From Obrimoposthia wandeli (lineage: Eukaryota), in assembly GCA_977020255.1 (NCBI GenBank), contig CDROCS010002105.1:496001-560000 (forward strand): 64,000 nt of DNA, given 5' to 3'. Under the pieces are notes generated by a model. The model was given only the letters and a program-made list of their open reading frames with translations, searched no databases and was not told the DNA's origin. The translations under genes and the position numbers were made by a program. Within the stretch, counting starts at the first letter, position 1. Every line of letters starts with the position of its first letter. This document shows, piece after piece, positions 9,620 through 19,662 of the stretch.

Positions 9620-9763
9620 GATCAAAAAGTGCGTTTGATGGCTTAATAAGCGTTAAGGTAAAAATACGCTAATTTTAGGATGATTTATAAGCGAACAGAG
9701 ATGTATGCCACCGACAATTAGCTTGAATTGTCGGTGGTATTGTTAGCGATAAGGTAGGCGGAC

Positions 9764-10075
9764 TTAATAACGTTTGTCCAATTCCATTAATTTATGGATA
9801 AACTCTTGTACTTGCGCTTCATTGTTATTGTGAAACTCAGTGGTTGTTTGGTTGATTACAGACTCTGGATCTTCATTCATTGTATGAAAGTGGTATGTAT
9901 TGTGAAAGTTAATATCAAGGCTTACGTTGTTGTCTGCCAAGTTGACATAGTAACCATCAGGGCTTTCGGTGCAGGTGATGTCTTCTAGCTTACAGCTGTT
10001 CTCAAAATGTTGACCTTGGGTTTTCACTTTTTCATAAACACTTAATAGGGTACGGACATCAACGCTGTTTTTCAT
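9764..10075 (-). CDS. DUF3081-like protein
   Basis: DGYYVNL...LDINFHNTYHF resembles DUF3081 (from memory); GGAGG RBS before ATG 10075. Confidence 0.7.
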   Translation of the reverse strand: MKNSVDVRTLLSVYEKVKTQGQHFENSCKLEDITCTESPDGYYVNLADNNVSLDINFHNTYHFHTMNEDPESVINQTTTEFHNNNEAQVQEFIHKLMELDKRY

Positions 10076-10340
10076 AATTCCTCCGTACATCGGCTTGGTG
10101 CCGAAATAGGGTACTGAATGGGAAATAAAATCTTTTTTCTTCTATAAACCTAGGCTTTCCAACCGTACATGCAAGTGAAGTTTCAAAAATGTTAATCTTG
10201 ATCAATATTTGTTTACAATATGGTTGGTGTATCTTTACGAATGAGATGAATAAACCTGAATAAAAATCGTGATTTCATCGTGACGTTTTGTAAGCTAAAT
10301 GATAATTTGATGTGACCAACAGTAAAATGGAATTTCTTCT

Positions 10341-11522
10341 ATGTTTAAACAGCTTACACAAGCACAACTTGACCCAATTTTGTCGCTGTCTATTGCCTAC
10401 CGTGCAGATGACCGCACAGATAAAATGGACTTAGGTATTGGCGTATATAAAAATAGCCAAGGTGAAACGCCAATTATGCAAGCTGTTCAGCAGGCGCAAC
10501 AGCAAGTACTTGCGACGCAAACAACGAAATCTTATGTTGGTCTTGCTGGAAGTGAAGTCTTCAACCAATCGATGATGGATTTGCTGCTTAGTGGCACATC
10601 GGCCCATAGCCGTGCTGCTGCAGTACAAACACCAGGGGCGAGTGGTGCACTGCGTATGTTGGCTGATTTGATGCACCTCGCGCAGCCAGAGACTACCGTG
10701 TGGTTAACAAACCCAAGCTATGTTAACCATAAACCCGTAATGGAAGCGGCTGGCTTAACCGTTAAATACTACCCGTATTTTGACCATGCAACGAAGCAAG
10801 TAAATAGCGGTGCAATGTTGGCGGAATTAGCAAAAGCGGGCCCTAAAGATGTTGTATTACTTCATGGGTGTTGCCATAACCCAACGGGTGCCGATATTTC
10901 ATTTTCTGATTGGCAAGCTGTTACTGCGTTAGCCAATAAGAATGGTTTCTTACCGTTTGTCGATATTGCTTATTTGGGCTTTGGTGATGGTTTAGAGCAA
11001 GATGGTGCTGGTCTAAAGTACATGGCAGACAACGTTGAAGAAATGATTGTAGCGGCATCATGTTCGAAAAACTTTGGTCTGTACCGAGAGCGTACAGGTG
11101 CTGCCATTGTTATCAGTGATTCTTTGCCAGAAGCACAAAAAGCAAAAGGCCGGATTCTACAACTCGCGCGAGCTTCTTACACCATGCCACCTGATCACGG
11201 TGCTGCATTAGTTGCGACTATTTTGACAGACGATGCGTTAACCGCAACATGGAAGCAAGAGCTTGATCAAATGCATAAGCGTTTACTTAGCTTACGTTCT
11301 GGTTTAACCAAAGCAGTGCGAGCACAGGGTTCAGATGCATTTAATTTTATCGAGCAGCATAAAGGTATGTTCTCTGTAACGGGCCTGAGCCCAGAGCAGA
11401 TTGAGCGTCTTCGTGCTGAATACGGCATTTATGCGGTCGGTGATGGTCGAATCAATATTGCAGGTTTACAAGAACAGCAATTAGATTACTTAGCAAATGC
11501 ACTTATTACCGTAACGAAGTAG
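10341..11522 (+). CDS. Aromatic amino acid/aspartate aminotransferase (class I, TyrB/AspC family)
   Basis: DLGIGVYK, LLHGCCHNPTG, DIAYLGFG, PLP-lysine SCSKNFGLYRER, GRINIAG. Confidence 0.95.
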   Translation: MFKQLTQAQLDPILSLSIAYRADDRTDKMDLGIGVYKNSQGETPIMQAVQQAQQQVLATQTTKSYVGLAGSEVFNQSMMDLLLSGTSAHSRAAAVQTPGASGALRMLADLMHLAQPETTVWLTNPSYVNHKPVMEAAGLTVKYYPYFDHATKQVNSGAMLAELAKAGPKDVVLLHGCCHNPTGADISFSDWQAVTALANKNGFLPFVDIAYLGFGDGLEQDGAGLKYMADNVEEMIVAASCSKNFGLYRERTGAAIVISDSLPEAQKAKGRILQLARASYTMPPDHGAALVATILTDDALTATWKQELDQMHKRLLSLRSGLTKAVRAQGSDAFNFIEQHKGMFSVTGLSPEQIERLRAEYGIYAVGDGRINIAGLQEQQLDYLANALITVTK

Positions 11523-11556
11523 CACTATAGAACGTAAGCGAAGTCACTAAATAAAC

Positions 11557-11602
11557 AAAAAAGAGGAGCGTCTACCGTTAGCCGTAGATGCCCCTCTTTT
11601 TT
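11557..11602. terminator. Bidirectional terminator
   Basis: AAAAAAGAGGAGCGTCTAC...GTAGATGCCCCTCTTTTTT. Confidence 0.75.
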
Positions 11603-11621
11603 AGAATGTTTTTACGTGGTA

Positions 11622-12098
11622 TTACTTTGCTTTGTTGATGATGTTTTTGTAGTGCTTAGCTCTAGCAAACAAAAAATCCACATCAGGTGGGAAATCTTTA
11701 TTTGATTTGGCATTTTTCATCATGTCGAACACTTTGAATTCAGTTAAAAATGCAAACTGATAAGGCTTGAAGTCGCCCTTAGATTGTTCTGTTGGGTCAA
11801 AGTACTTATCACCAATTTTAATGATAGCCTGATCAATGATTTTTTCTTCATTGCAGCGATAGCCCAAAACGTAACGTTCACCTTTTTGGTAAATAACGTT
11901 CATGTAGCTATTATAAAAACTTTCGTCTTCTTTTGTGGTGCAGCTTTCTAGAAGCGCATCATCCATCGCTTCAACAGTTATCATTCGGATGTTTTCAGCA
12001 TTGAAATTCAATTCGGTTAATTGCTCGCGAATTGCTTCTAAAGTTAGTTGGGTCACTTCTAATACCGCGTTATGAATAAAATCGCACGCATTATACAT
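11622..12098 (-). CDS. Hypothetical protein
   Basis: 158-aa ORF filling the gap; real start may be the GTG of VTQLTLE; no motif recognised. Confidence 0.7.
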   Translation of the reverse strand: MYNACDFIHNAVLEVTQLTLEAIREQLTELNFNAENIRMITVEAMDDALLESCTTKEDESFYNSYMNVIYQKGERYVLGYRCNEEKIIDQAIIKIGDKYFDPTEQSKGDFKPYQFAFLTEFKVFDMMKNAKSNKDFPPDVDFLFARAKHYKNIINKAK

Positions 12099-12257
12099 CG
12101 ATCTTCAAATAATTCATTGAACTTCAAAAAAACAACAGTAATTATCATGGATAATAGCTCGCTGTTTTGGTCTAAAATGGCTTTTTTGTTCATTTTATGA
12201 ATTAAAGAAGAAAGTTACCGTGTTTTCAGTTCGATATTTACAGGTTAAATCACTTTA

Positions 12258-12276
12258 AATGAGATTCATTTTCAAT
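12258..12276. promoter_or_regulatory. Fur box upstream of TonB2-type operon
   Basis: AATGAGATTCATTTTCAAT resembles the Fur inverted repeat (about 13/19 to GATAATGATAATCATTATC); ~70 nt upstream of the first gene. Confidence 0.65.
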
Positions 12277-12342
12277 TAGGATTGTGTGTATCTCTCCTAG
12301 AATGCTAGGAGTATTTTTAATCTTCACCATTTCTACATACTA

Positions 12343-13167
12343 TTGATGAGCAATATGAAAGCAATAAAACCTAGTCTGGTCATTTTGATGCTCTGCATGG
12401 CAAACAGTGCAACTGCCAATATTGATACCGCACGTGCAATCGAAAGTAACACCAATGCTGCTTCTACTAAGAGCCAAATAAACGTTGATCGAAGCTCAGA
12501 AGCCGCATTAACAATGAAAGCAGAGATTGAGCAACTTGAAGAAGAAGTGAAAAATTTAACGGTTTATCGCGATCATTTGTCTCGTCTAGTTGCCAATCAA
12601 CAAGAAGAAGTGCTCAGTATTAATCAGCAGATTCAAGGTATAAAAGAAACACGGCAGGGTGTAGTACCACTGATGTATAAAATGCTTGATGGACTAAAGC
12701 AAATCATTACAGATGATAAGCCCATTCGCCATGAGCAACGCTTGGCTCGGCTTAATAAATTAGACGCTATGATGTCACAAGCCGATATCAGTGATGCTGA
12801 AAAATACCGTCGTATTCTTGAAGCCTATCAAATTGAAATGGATTACGGCACGAAATTAGGTGTGTACCAAGGTCAAATTGCTGTAGATGCTGGTGGCGCT
12901 ATTGAAGTCGACTTACTGTATTTAGGGCGTATTTCTCTCGTTGCCAGAAGCTTAGATAGCACGCGTTACTGGGCATGGAACGATATCGATAATGGTTGGC
13001 AATCTGTCGACAGTAGTCAAAGCTCAAATATTGATAAAGCGTTTTCTATTGCACACAAGCAGGTTGCCCCAAGCTTGATAACCTTGCCAGTATCAGCTCA
13101 GTTAGTCGTTGAGCAACGACCTGTTACCTCAAATGTAACAGCATCAGCGAACGTGGAGCAGCAATAA
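12343..13167 (+). CDS. DUF3450 family periplasmic coiled-coil protein (TtpB-like)
   Basis: Signal peptide; EKYRRILEAYQIEMDYG and LYLGRISLVA motifs; first gene of the ttpC-exbB-exbD-tonB cluster. Confidence 0.85.
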   Translation: MMSNMKAIKPSLVILMLCMANSATANIDTARAIESNTNAASTKSQINVDRSSEAALTMKAEIEQLEEEVKNLTVYRDHLSRLVANQQEEVLSINQQIQGIKETRQGVVPLMYKMLDGLKQIITDDKPIRHEQRLARLNKLDAMMSQADISDAEKYRRILEAYQIEMDYGTKLGVYQGQIAVDAGGAIEVDLLYLGRISLVARSLDSTRYWAWNDIDNGWQSVDSSQSSNIDKAFSIAHKQVAPSLITLPVSAQLVVEQRPVTSNVTASANVEQQ

Positions 13168-13168
13168 T

Positions 13169-14536
13169 ATGACATTCAAAACGTTAGTTACGGCTGTTTG
13201 TCTACTGACAATGCCATTTGCTGTGTTAGCTGAATCACCGGTTTCAGCTGAATCACTTGTATCAAAAACTCAGCAAGAACAAAAAGAACAACGCGCTCAT
13301 AATGTTCAACGTGAAGCGGGGTTCACACAAACATCGCAAAGCATTCAGGCACAACGTGATTCGCTATTGGCGATGCGCGAGACATTACAAAGTGAAACTG
13401 AAAAACTGAGCGATACATTCAGTAAAAACGAAGTTGAATTATCGACCCTCGAAGAGCAGTTACGTTTAGATACGGGCAGTTTGGGCGAGTTATTTGGCGT
13501 TGTGCGCCAATCTGCAAAAGATCTTAATACCGAAATAGAGACATCGGTAACCCGTGTTGATAGCGCCAAATACGCCTCTGTTGTTAATCAAATCGTCGAT
13601 GCAAAAGCGTTACCTTCCATGCTGCAGTTAACAGGGTTGTGGCGAGGAATGGTAGAACAAATAACAGCAAGTGGTGAGATTGCAGCCGTTTCTTTGCCTT
13701 ATATCAATGGGGAAGGGTACAAAGCTAATATTGATGCTTTCCGTCTTGGTAGCTTTGCCTTAGTCGCTGATCAAGGCTATGTGCAATGGAGCAATGAGCG
13801 TCACGTTGCTAAACCGTATTTAAAGCAACCGCAAAAAGGTCCAGTGTTAGCCGATTTATCAGCTATTAATCAGGCTGGAATACTGCCTTTAATTGTTGAC
13901 CCATCACGCGGTATTATGCTGGAACAATTGGCGAATACCCCATCATTAAAAGAGCGATTAGAGAATGGCGGTGTTGTCGGGAAGGTTATTTTAGGCTTAC
14001 TCGCGATGGGTGTCATTATTGCGCTCTTTAGAGGCACAAAGCTCTTTATTATCCGTCAGCAAATTAAAGCGCAATTAAAGCAACCTCAGGTTCCGGGTAA
14101 CAACCCGTTGGGGCGCGTACTTAGCGTATTTTATGATAATAAAGCGCGTTATACCGAACAAGGACGCAGCGTAGAGGCATTGGAATTACGTTTACTTGAA
14201 ACCATTATCGATGAGCAACAACACCTTGAGAAAGGGTTATCAATGTTGAAGCTCCTTGCGGCTTTAGCTCCAATGTTAGGCTTATTAGGCACGGTAACAG
14301 GTATGATTGAAACCTTCCAAGTCATCACACAGTTTGGTAATGGTGACCCTAAGGTTATGGCTGGTGGTATTTCAATGGCGTTAATTACAACGGTGTTAGG
14401 TCTGGTTGCTGCAATGCCACTGTTGCTTGCGCATAATATATTGAGTACGCAAGCAGATACCATTCGAAATATTTTAGAGAAGCAAGGTATTAGTCTTGTT
14501 GCTGAGCAGGCTGAAAAAGTAGGAATTACAGCATAA
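13169..14536 (+). CDS. ttpC: TtpC, long MotA/TolQ/ExbB-family protein of the TonB2 system
   Basis: Long periplasmic N-terminus plus ExbB channel motif APMLGLLGTVTGMIETF...AGGISMALITTVLGLVAA. Confidence 0.85.
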   Translation: MTFKTLVTAVCLLTMPFAVLAESPVSAESLVSKTQQEQKEQRAHNVQREAGFTQTSQSIQAQRDSLLAMRETLQSETEKLSDTFSKNEVELSTLEEQLRLDTGSLGELFGVVRQSAKDLNTEIETSVTRVDSAKYASVVNQIVDAKALPSMLQLTGLWRGMVEQITASGEIAAVSLPYINGEGYKANIDAFRLGSFALVADQGYVQWSNERHVAKPYLKQPQKGPVLADLSAINQAGILPLIVDPSRGIMLEQLANTPSLKERLENGGVVGKVILGLLAMGVIIALFRGTKLFIIRQQIKAQLKQPQVPGNNPLGRVLSVFYDNKARYTEQGRSVEALELRLLETIIDEQQHLEKGLSMLKLLAALAPMLGLLGTVTGMIETFQVITQFGNGDPKVMAGGISMALITTVLGLVAAMPLLLAHNILSTQADTIRNILEKQGISLVAEQAEKVGITA

Positions 14537-15066
14537 TGGAATTCAGCCTTTTACAAGCCTGGTGGTTCTCATTATCGCAATTCATGAACCAAGGTGGTCA
14601 AATACTATGGTGGTTGGCTGCCGTGGTAATGCTTTGCTGGGTCTTAGTTGTAGAGCGGGTTATTTATTTGTTTTTCCAATATCCACACCAGAGAAAAGTT
14701 TGGTTAGCAAAATGGCATGATCGTGATGATCAAACATCATGGTATGCCCATGCCGTACGTGACGGCTGGTTAAATGAAGCGCGTACTGCATTAAATCAAC
14801 ACTTAAACCTGATTAAAGTATTGGTATCTATTTGCCCAATGTTAGGGCTACTTGGCACGGTAACGGGGATGATTTCTGTCTTCGATGTAATGGCAACTCA
14901 AGGTAGTAGCCAGCCAAGGCTAATGGCTTCGGGTATTTCGCTCGCAACGTTACCGACGATGGCTGGTATGGTGGCTGCACTGGCGGGTATGTTTGTTCAC
15001 GCACGTTTGTCTAAAGCGTGTCATCTGCGTGAATTGAAATTAGAAAAACTACTAAGGAGCCAATGA
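14536..15066 (+). CDS. exbB: ExbB proton channel
   Basis: CPMLGLLGTVTGMISVF...MASGISLATLPTMAG. Confidence 0.9.
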   Translation: MEFSLLQAWWFSLSQFMNQGGQILWWLAAVVMLCWVLVVERVIYLFFQYPHQRKVWLAKWHDRDDQTSWYAHAVRDGWLNEARTALNQHLNLIKVLVSICPMLGLLGTVTGMISVFDVMATQGSSQPRLMASGISLATLPTMAGMVAALAGMFVHARLSKACHLRELKLEKLLRSQ

Positions 15067-15470
15067 TGAGACTAAGTCGTCCGTCTTCTGCTCGTGAAGA
15101 TGCACAAATTGACATGACATCGATGCTAGACATTGTTTTTATCATGTTGATTTTCTTTATTGTTACCAGTTCATTTGTTCGAGAATCTGGCGTTGAAGTT
15201 AATCGACCACAGGCGAGCCATGTCGTTAGCCAAAAAGATGCCGGTATTTTTATTGCCATCACGTCAGCAAATGATATTTACATTGATAAGCGTGTGATAG
15301 ATGTTGAGCGTGTACAAGCAATCATTGAGCACCTATTACTTGAACAACCTGAAGCAACATTAGTTATTCAAGCTGACGAACATGCTTATAATGGCACTGT
15401 TGTAAAAGTGATGGATGCAGCGAAAGGCGCAGGGGTCAATAATATCGCGTTGGCAGCGGAGAAGCGCTAA
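15063..15470 (+). CDS. exbD: ExbD
   Basis: IDMTSMLDIVFIMLIFFIVTSSF; IQADE...VVKVMDAAK. Confidence 0.93.
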   Translation: MMRLSRPSSAREDAQIDMTSMLDIVFIMLIFFIVTSSFVRESGVEVNRPQASHVVSQKDAGIFIAITSANDIYIDKRVIDVERVQAIIEHLLLEQPEATLVIQADEHAYNGTVVKVMDAAKGAGVNNIALAAEKR

Positions 15471-16141
15471 TGCCTTTAAACTCAGGTGTCACCGTGCCCT
15501 CTCGTTCTATTTTTCAATCATCATTCATTCGGTTATTGGTTGCATTACCTGTATCTGCTGCTGTGGCCTTGGGGCTATTCACCTTTATGGCGTGGATGGT
15601 AGACAATGGACAAAAAAGGGCACCAGAAAAATCTGAGGTGTTAGCATTCGATATCGTCATGATTGAACAAGAACGTGATGCGCAACGCCGTCAGCGAACG
15701 GTGCCAGAAAAACCTGATACGCCAGAACCGCCACCAGAAGCTGTACCAAGAAGCTCTCAATCAGCGGTTACTGCCACTTCTGCACCATCAATACCGAGCT
15801 TAGGTTTGGATACGGCAATTAAAGGGCTAGCGATTAGTGTGCCTCAGTTTTCAGATTTTGGGGCGAACCAGCAAGCTATGCCGCTATACCGTGTAGAGCC
15901 TAAATATCCTACGCGTGCAATGAAGCAAGGAGCCGAAGGTTTTGTTGTTTTGTCTTTTACTATTGATGCACAAGGCCGTCCAACCGATGTTGAAATACTA
16001 GATGCGAAACCACGTCGCTTATTCGAAAGAGAAGCGATTCGAGCACTGCGTAAATGGAAATATCAGGCTAAAATTGTTGATGGAAAAGCCATTTCTCAGC
16101 AGGGGCAAACTGTTCGCCTTGAATTTAAGTTAAATAAATGA
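15470..16141 (+). CDS. tonB: Energy transducer TonB (short TonB2 type)
   Basis: N-terminal TM, Pro-rich linker, PKYPTRA...EGFVVLSFTID...FEREAIRALRKWKY. Confidence 0.92.
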   Translation: MPLNSGVTVPSRSIFQSSFIRLLVALPVSAAVALGLFTFMAWMVDNGQKRAPEKSEVLAFDIVMIEQERDAQRRQRTVPEKPDTPEPPPEAVPRSSQSAVTATSAPSIPSLGLDTAIKGLAISVPQFSDFGANQQAMPLYRVEPKYPTRAMKQGAEGFVVLSFTIDAQGRPTDVEILDAKPRRLFEREAIRALRKWKYQAKIVDGKAISQQGQTVRLEFKLNK

Positions 16142-17313
16142 TGAATGTAAAAAACGTCGTTATTGCCTGCACCTTAATGCTTTGTATCTCGATGAGCGTT
16201 CAAGCGAAAGAGCTCTCTCAATTTACTGCTGGTAAAGTTCAGCGTGCTCATCATTTGCAACAAGAGGATAAATTAAGTGAAGCCATTACGCTATTGGCAG
16301 ATCTCAACCCTTCAAGGGCGTATGACAAAGCATTTGTTAAACGTATGTTGGGTATTTTCTATTGGCAAAAAGGCAATACTAAAAGTGCGATTGTTAATCT
16401 GTCTTACGCTGTCGACAGTGGTTTATTGAATGATGAACAAGCTTGGGTAACTCAGCGAATGCTGGCTGATATTCTATTGTCAGAACAGCAGTTTACAGTG
16501 GCACTTCCTCATTATTATACGTTATCGAAAAATATACCTGATAATCAGAAAGCGGATGAACTGTGGCTGCGTATAGCACAATCACACTATAAAATTGAAG
16601 AGTGGAACAGAGTACTTGCTGCCTTAAAGCAGTTCGATAGATTCAATAAAAAAGTGGATGTACAACCGTTAACCATTAAGTTGGGTGCTCAACTTCAACT
16701 TAAACACTGGAAAGGTGCGATTACAACACTGAACGGCTTAATTGGTTTAGAGCCAAATAAAACCGTATGGTGGCAGCAATTAGCGGGTATTCAAATCCGT
16801 ATTGGACGCTCGAATGATGCACTGGATACTTTAGCATTAGCCAAGCATCAAGGTGTCGAGCTTCGCCAGCAAGATTTAAAAACACTCGCTCAACTTTATG
16901 CGCAACGTGGTATTCCAGAACGCGCCGCCATATTATTCAGTGAACTGGATGGTGCAGCTACCGATGCTAAATTACTCTCTGATCAAGCGATGTATTGGCA
17001 GGTGGCTAAAGAGTGGAATAAAGCGATTTCCATTTGGTCTAAAGCGGCAAGGTTAGATAATAAATATCGTTGGCAATTAGCTCAGTTATTGCTGCAAGAA
17101 GGGCATTACCATAAAGCATTATCGGAGCTAGAACGCGTGAAAGATAAAGCTAAAAAAGCGGATGTTGAGCTTGCAAAAGTACGCGCCTATTACAAACTAG
17201 AAGACTTTGACCGTGCCATTATTCATGCAAAGCAAGCGAACAACATGAACTCTTCTTCGACGTCAAAAAGTTGGATTCGATATCTTAGTCAAATTCGTGA
17301 AATGAAAGGTTAA
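16138..17313 (+). CDS. Tetratricopeptide repeat protein (TtpD-like)
   Basis: Signal peptide and repeated TPR-like helices; last gene of the TonB2-type operon. Confidence 0.8.
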   Translation: MMNVKNVVIACTLMLCISMSVQAKELSQFTAGKVQRAHHLQQEDKLSEAITLLADLNPSRAYDKAFVKRMLGIFYWQKGNTKSAIVNLSYAVDSGLLNDEQAWVTQRMLADILLSEQQFTVALPHYYTLSKNIPDNQKADELWLRIAQSHYKIEEWNRVLAALKQFDRFNKKVDVQPLTIKLGAQLQLKHWKGAITTLNGLIGLEPNKTVWWQQLAGIQIRIGRSNDALDTLALAKHQGVELRQQDLKTLAQLYAQRGIPERAAILFSELDGAATDAKLLSDQAMYWQVAKEWNKAISIWSKAARLDNKYRWQLAQLLLQEGHYHKALSELERVKDKAKKADVELAKVRAYYKLEDFDRAIIHAKQANNMNSSSTSKSWIRYLSQIREMKG

Positions 17314-17481
17314 GTGACCTTAATCGTCAATATTTTAATGTGATTCCTATCGGTTGAATGCATTGGTTTTTGTTGACTATCCTCCTATCTAAATAGAGTG
17401 ACTTAGAAAAAGGATTGTTCTTATTGATTGATCTGACGTTATTAACTAGAATACGAATCGTTTTTATTAAGAGTAAGTACT

Positions 17482-18150
17482 GTGTCAAATATTCTGGTTG
17501 TTGATGACGATGTAATGCTGTGCGAATTATTAACCGAAGTACTGAATGAAGAAGGTTACGATGTTCATTGTGTTCACGATGGTGAAAGCGCACTAACGTA
17601 TATGCAAGCATACTCTGTTGATTTAGTATTACTTGATGTGATGTTACCGAATATTGATGGCTTACAAGTCGCACGCCGTATTTGCCAACGTTTTGCTACA
17701 CCTATTCTGATGTTAACCGCGCTGGGTGATGAAGCGTCTATGTTAGATGGCTTACAAGCCGGTGCAGATCAATATGTTGCGAAACCTTTTCGTGTACCTG
17801 AATTACTGGCAAGAATTACGTCGATACTACGCAGAGTAGGGCTTGAACGTCAACGTCAGGGATTGAACAATTGCACGGCAGATTTGTCGAAACAGTTTTC
17901 AAGATTGCCGTTAACGGGCACCGAATCTGAGCTGCTTGAATACCTTATTAAGCATGATGGTATTGTGGTCTCTAAAGCTGAATTGCAAAAAGAAGTGTTA
18001 AAGAAAGATCTTTGCCCATTTGATCGTAACCTTGATATGCATATCAGCAATATTAGACGAAAAATGCTGCAGTCAGGTTTGTCAAAACAACATATTAAAA
18101 CGGTACGTGGTAAAGGCTATAGCTTTTATGAAAGTGTTAATGTTGCGTAA
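17482..18150 (+). CDS. OmpR-family response regulator (PfeR/PeuR-like)
   Basis: ILVVDDD, LLDVMLP phospho-Asp, KPF, winged helix RNLDMHISNIRRK...IKTVRGKGY. Confidence 0.92.
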   Translation: MSNILVVDDDVMLCELLTEVLNEEGYDVHCVHDGESALTYMQAYSVDLVLLDVMLPNIDGLQVARRICQRFATPILMLTALGDEASMLDGLQAGADQYVAKPFRVPELLARITSILRRVGLERQRQGLNNCTADLSKQFSRLPLTGTESELLEYLIKHDGIVVSKAELQKEVLKKDLCPFDRNLDMHISNIRRKMLQSGLSKQHIKTVRGKGYSFYESVNVA

Positions 18151-18181
18151 AGTGTTACGCTAATCGATAACGTGAAACTTA

Positions 18182-19573
18182 ATGAATTCAATTTTATCTA
18201 ACGTCTTTTCTCCCTTACGCGCTATTAATGATCGTTGTGGATTAGCTGTAAGGTTATTTTCCTATTTCGCTATTATTTTATTGTTAATTCTTGGTATTCA
18301 AAACGTGGCCGAAGTTGCGTTAGTCAAAGCAATGTTACGTATACCAGATCAAATACAAGAACAGATGCTCGATATCGCCAACCAAGCGGAGATCATGATA
18401 GCTGACGGCGATATGTATGAATTAGCTGACTGGGAACGAGGGCAACCTTATTATCTTTTTGTTTTAAATGAAGAAAATAGGTCATTGAGTGGGCGAGATA
18501 TGCACCCACATTTTGAATTTAAATTGGCGTATATCAGGCAGATTGATTCATTATTGGAAAGTCGTGTTAATCGCCCAATCATAGAGATACCGTTACACAA
18601 TGGTAATCGTTTAGTTATTCAGTTTCCGCTTGATCAGCATCCTGCTCATCACTTTAAATTGTATTTTGGCTTAATTAAAATCTTTATTGCCTCTCTTATT
18701 TTATGCGTATTTTCGTTATTACTGGCTCGATATTTACAACGACCATTAAATAAACTACAAGAAGCCAGTCGCCGTTTATCTGAAGGCGATTTTAGTGTTC
18801 GAGTGGCAAGTGAAGTAGGGCGTGGTGTCAAAGAGTTTCGGGAATTAGCCCACGATTTTGATCATATGACATTTCGTATTCAAACATTAGCTGAACAACA
18901 AAAACGTTTAATTAGGGATGTTTCTCATGAATTGCGTACACCGTTAGCGCGTCATGATCTGGCTTTACATTTACTTCGAAAAAGAACGCCCGAAGAAAAT
19001 CAGCATTTATTAGATCGGCTAGAGCATGAATCTGATGAAATGAATAACTTAGTGACTGAAATTTTAGAGTTTAGTCGCATTGAAAACGCAAGTTACTCTG
19101 CAAGCTTAGAGCCATTACAGCTTGAGATCTTTTGCCAAGCGCAAGTATTAGAAAGCCAAATGAGCTTGAAACCGAAGCAACGCTTAATGGGGTACTTTGA
19201 TAATGAAACCCCCTTGGTGCTTGCTGATAGTCGTTTGTTATTACGTGTGATTAAAAATTTATTAGTCAATGCCAGCAAGTATGCCGGAGAGCAGGCAACA
19301 ATTACGATCACCGTTCAATTACCGCAAAAGCATGATGGGCAATATGTTGAAGTGATTATTGAAGACGATGGTAAAGGTATCGCCCCTCAGCACTTAAAAC
19401 GTATTTTTGACCCTTTCACGCGCTTGGAAGAAGCGCGTGACAAGCAATCTGGTGGTTATGGCTTAGGGTTGGCGATTGTAAAAGAATCGATGGCGTTAAT
19501 GAAAGGGCAGGTAGAAGCCGAGAATCGATTGCAGGGTGGCTTACGTATTACCTTGTTATTCCCTGCTTTATAG
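18182..19573 (+). CDS. Sensor histidine kinase (PfeS/PirS-like)
   Basis: Two TMs, HAMP, DVSHELRTPLAR, NLLVNA, DDGKG, GGYGLGLAIV; periplasmic ...NRLVIQFP segment resembles P. aeruginosa PfeS as I recall it. Confidence 0.88.
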   Translation: MNSILSNVFSPLRAINDRCGLAVRLFSYFAIILLLILGIQNVAEVALVKAMLRIPDQIQEQMLDIANQAEIMIADGDMYELADWERGQPYYLFVLNEENRSLSGRDMHPHFEFKLAYIRQIDSLLESRVNRPIIEIPLHNGNRLVIQFPLDQHPAHHFKLYFGLIKIFIASLILCVFSLLLARYLQRPLNKLQEASRRLSEGDFSVRVASEVGRGVKEFRELAHDFDHMTFRIQTLAEQQKRLIRDVSHELRTPLARHDLALHLLRKRTPEENQHLLDRLEHESDEMNNLVTEILEFSRIENASYSASLEPLQLEIFCQAQVLESQMSLKPKQRLMGYFDNETPLVLADSRLLLRVIKNLLVNASKYAGEQATITITVQLPQKHDGQYVEVIIEDDGKGIAPQHLKRIFDPFTRLEEARDKQSGGYGLGLAIVKESMALMKGQVEAENRLQGGLRITLLFPAL

Positions 19574-19577
19574 GTAC

Positions 19578-19616
19578 AAAAAAACAGCGACCCTAGAATC
19601 TAGAATCGCTGTTTTT
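19578..19616. terminator. Bidirectional terminator
   Basis: AAAAAAACAGCGA...TCGCTGTTTTT between convergent genes. Confidence 0.7.
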
Positions 19617-19662
19617 ATCGTTTTTTATGATGACTAATTACGATGAATAAGTCGGTGGTTAT

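Noticed and set aside
10200-10330. TyrR box upstream of the aminotransferase
   Set aside because: Only the TTTACA half matches.
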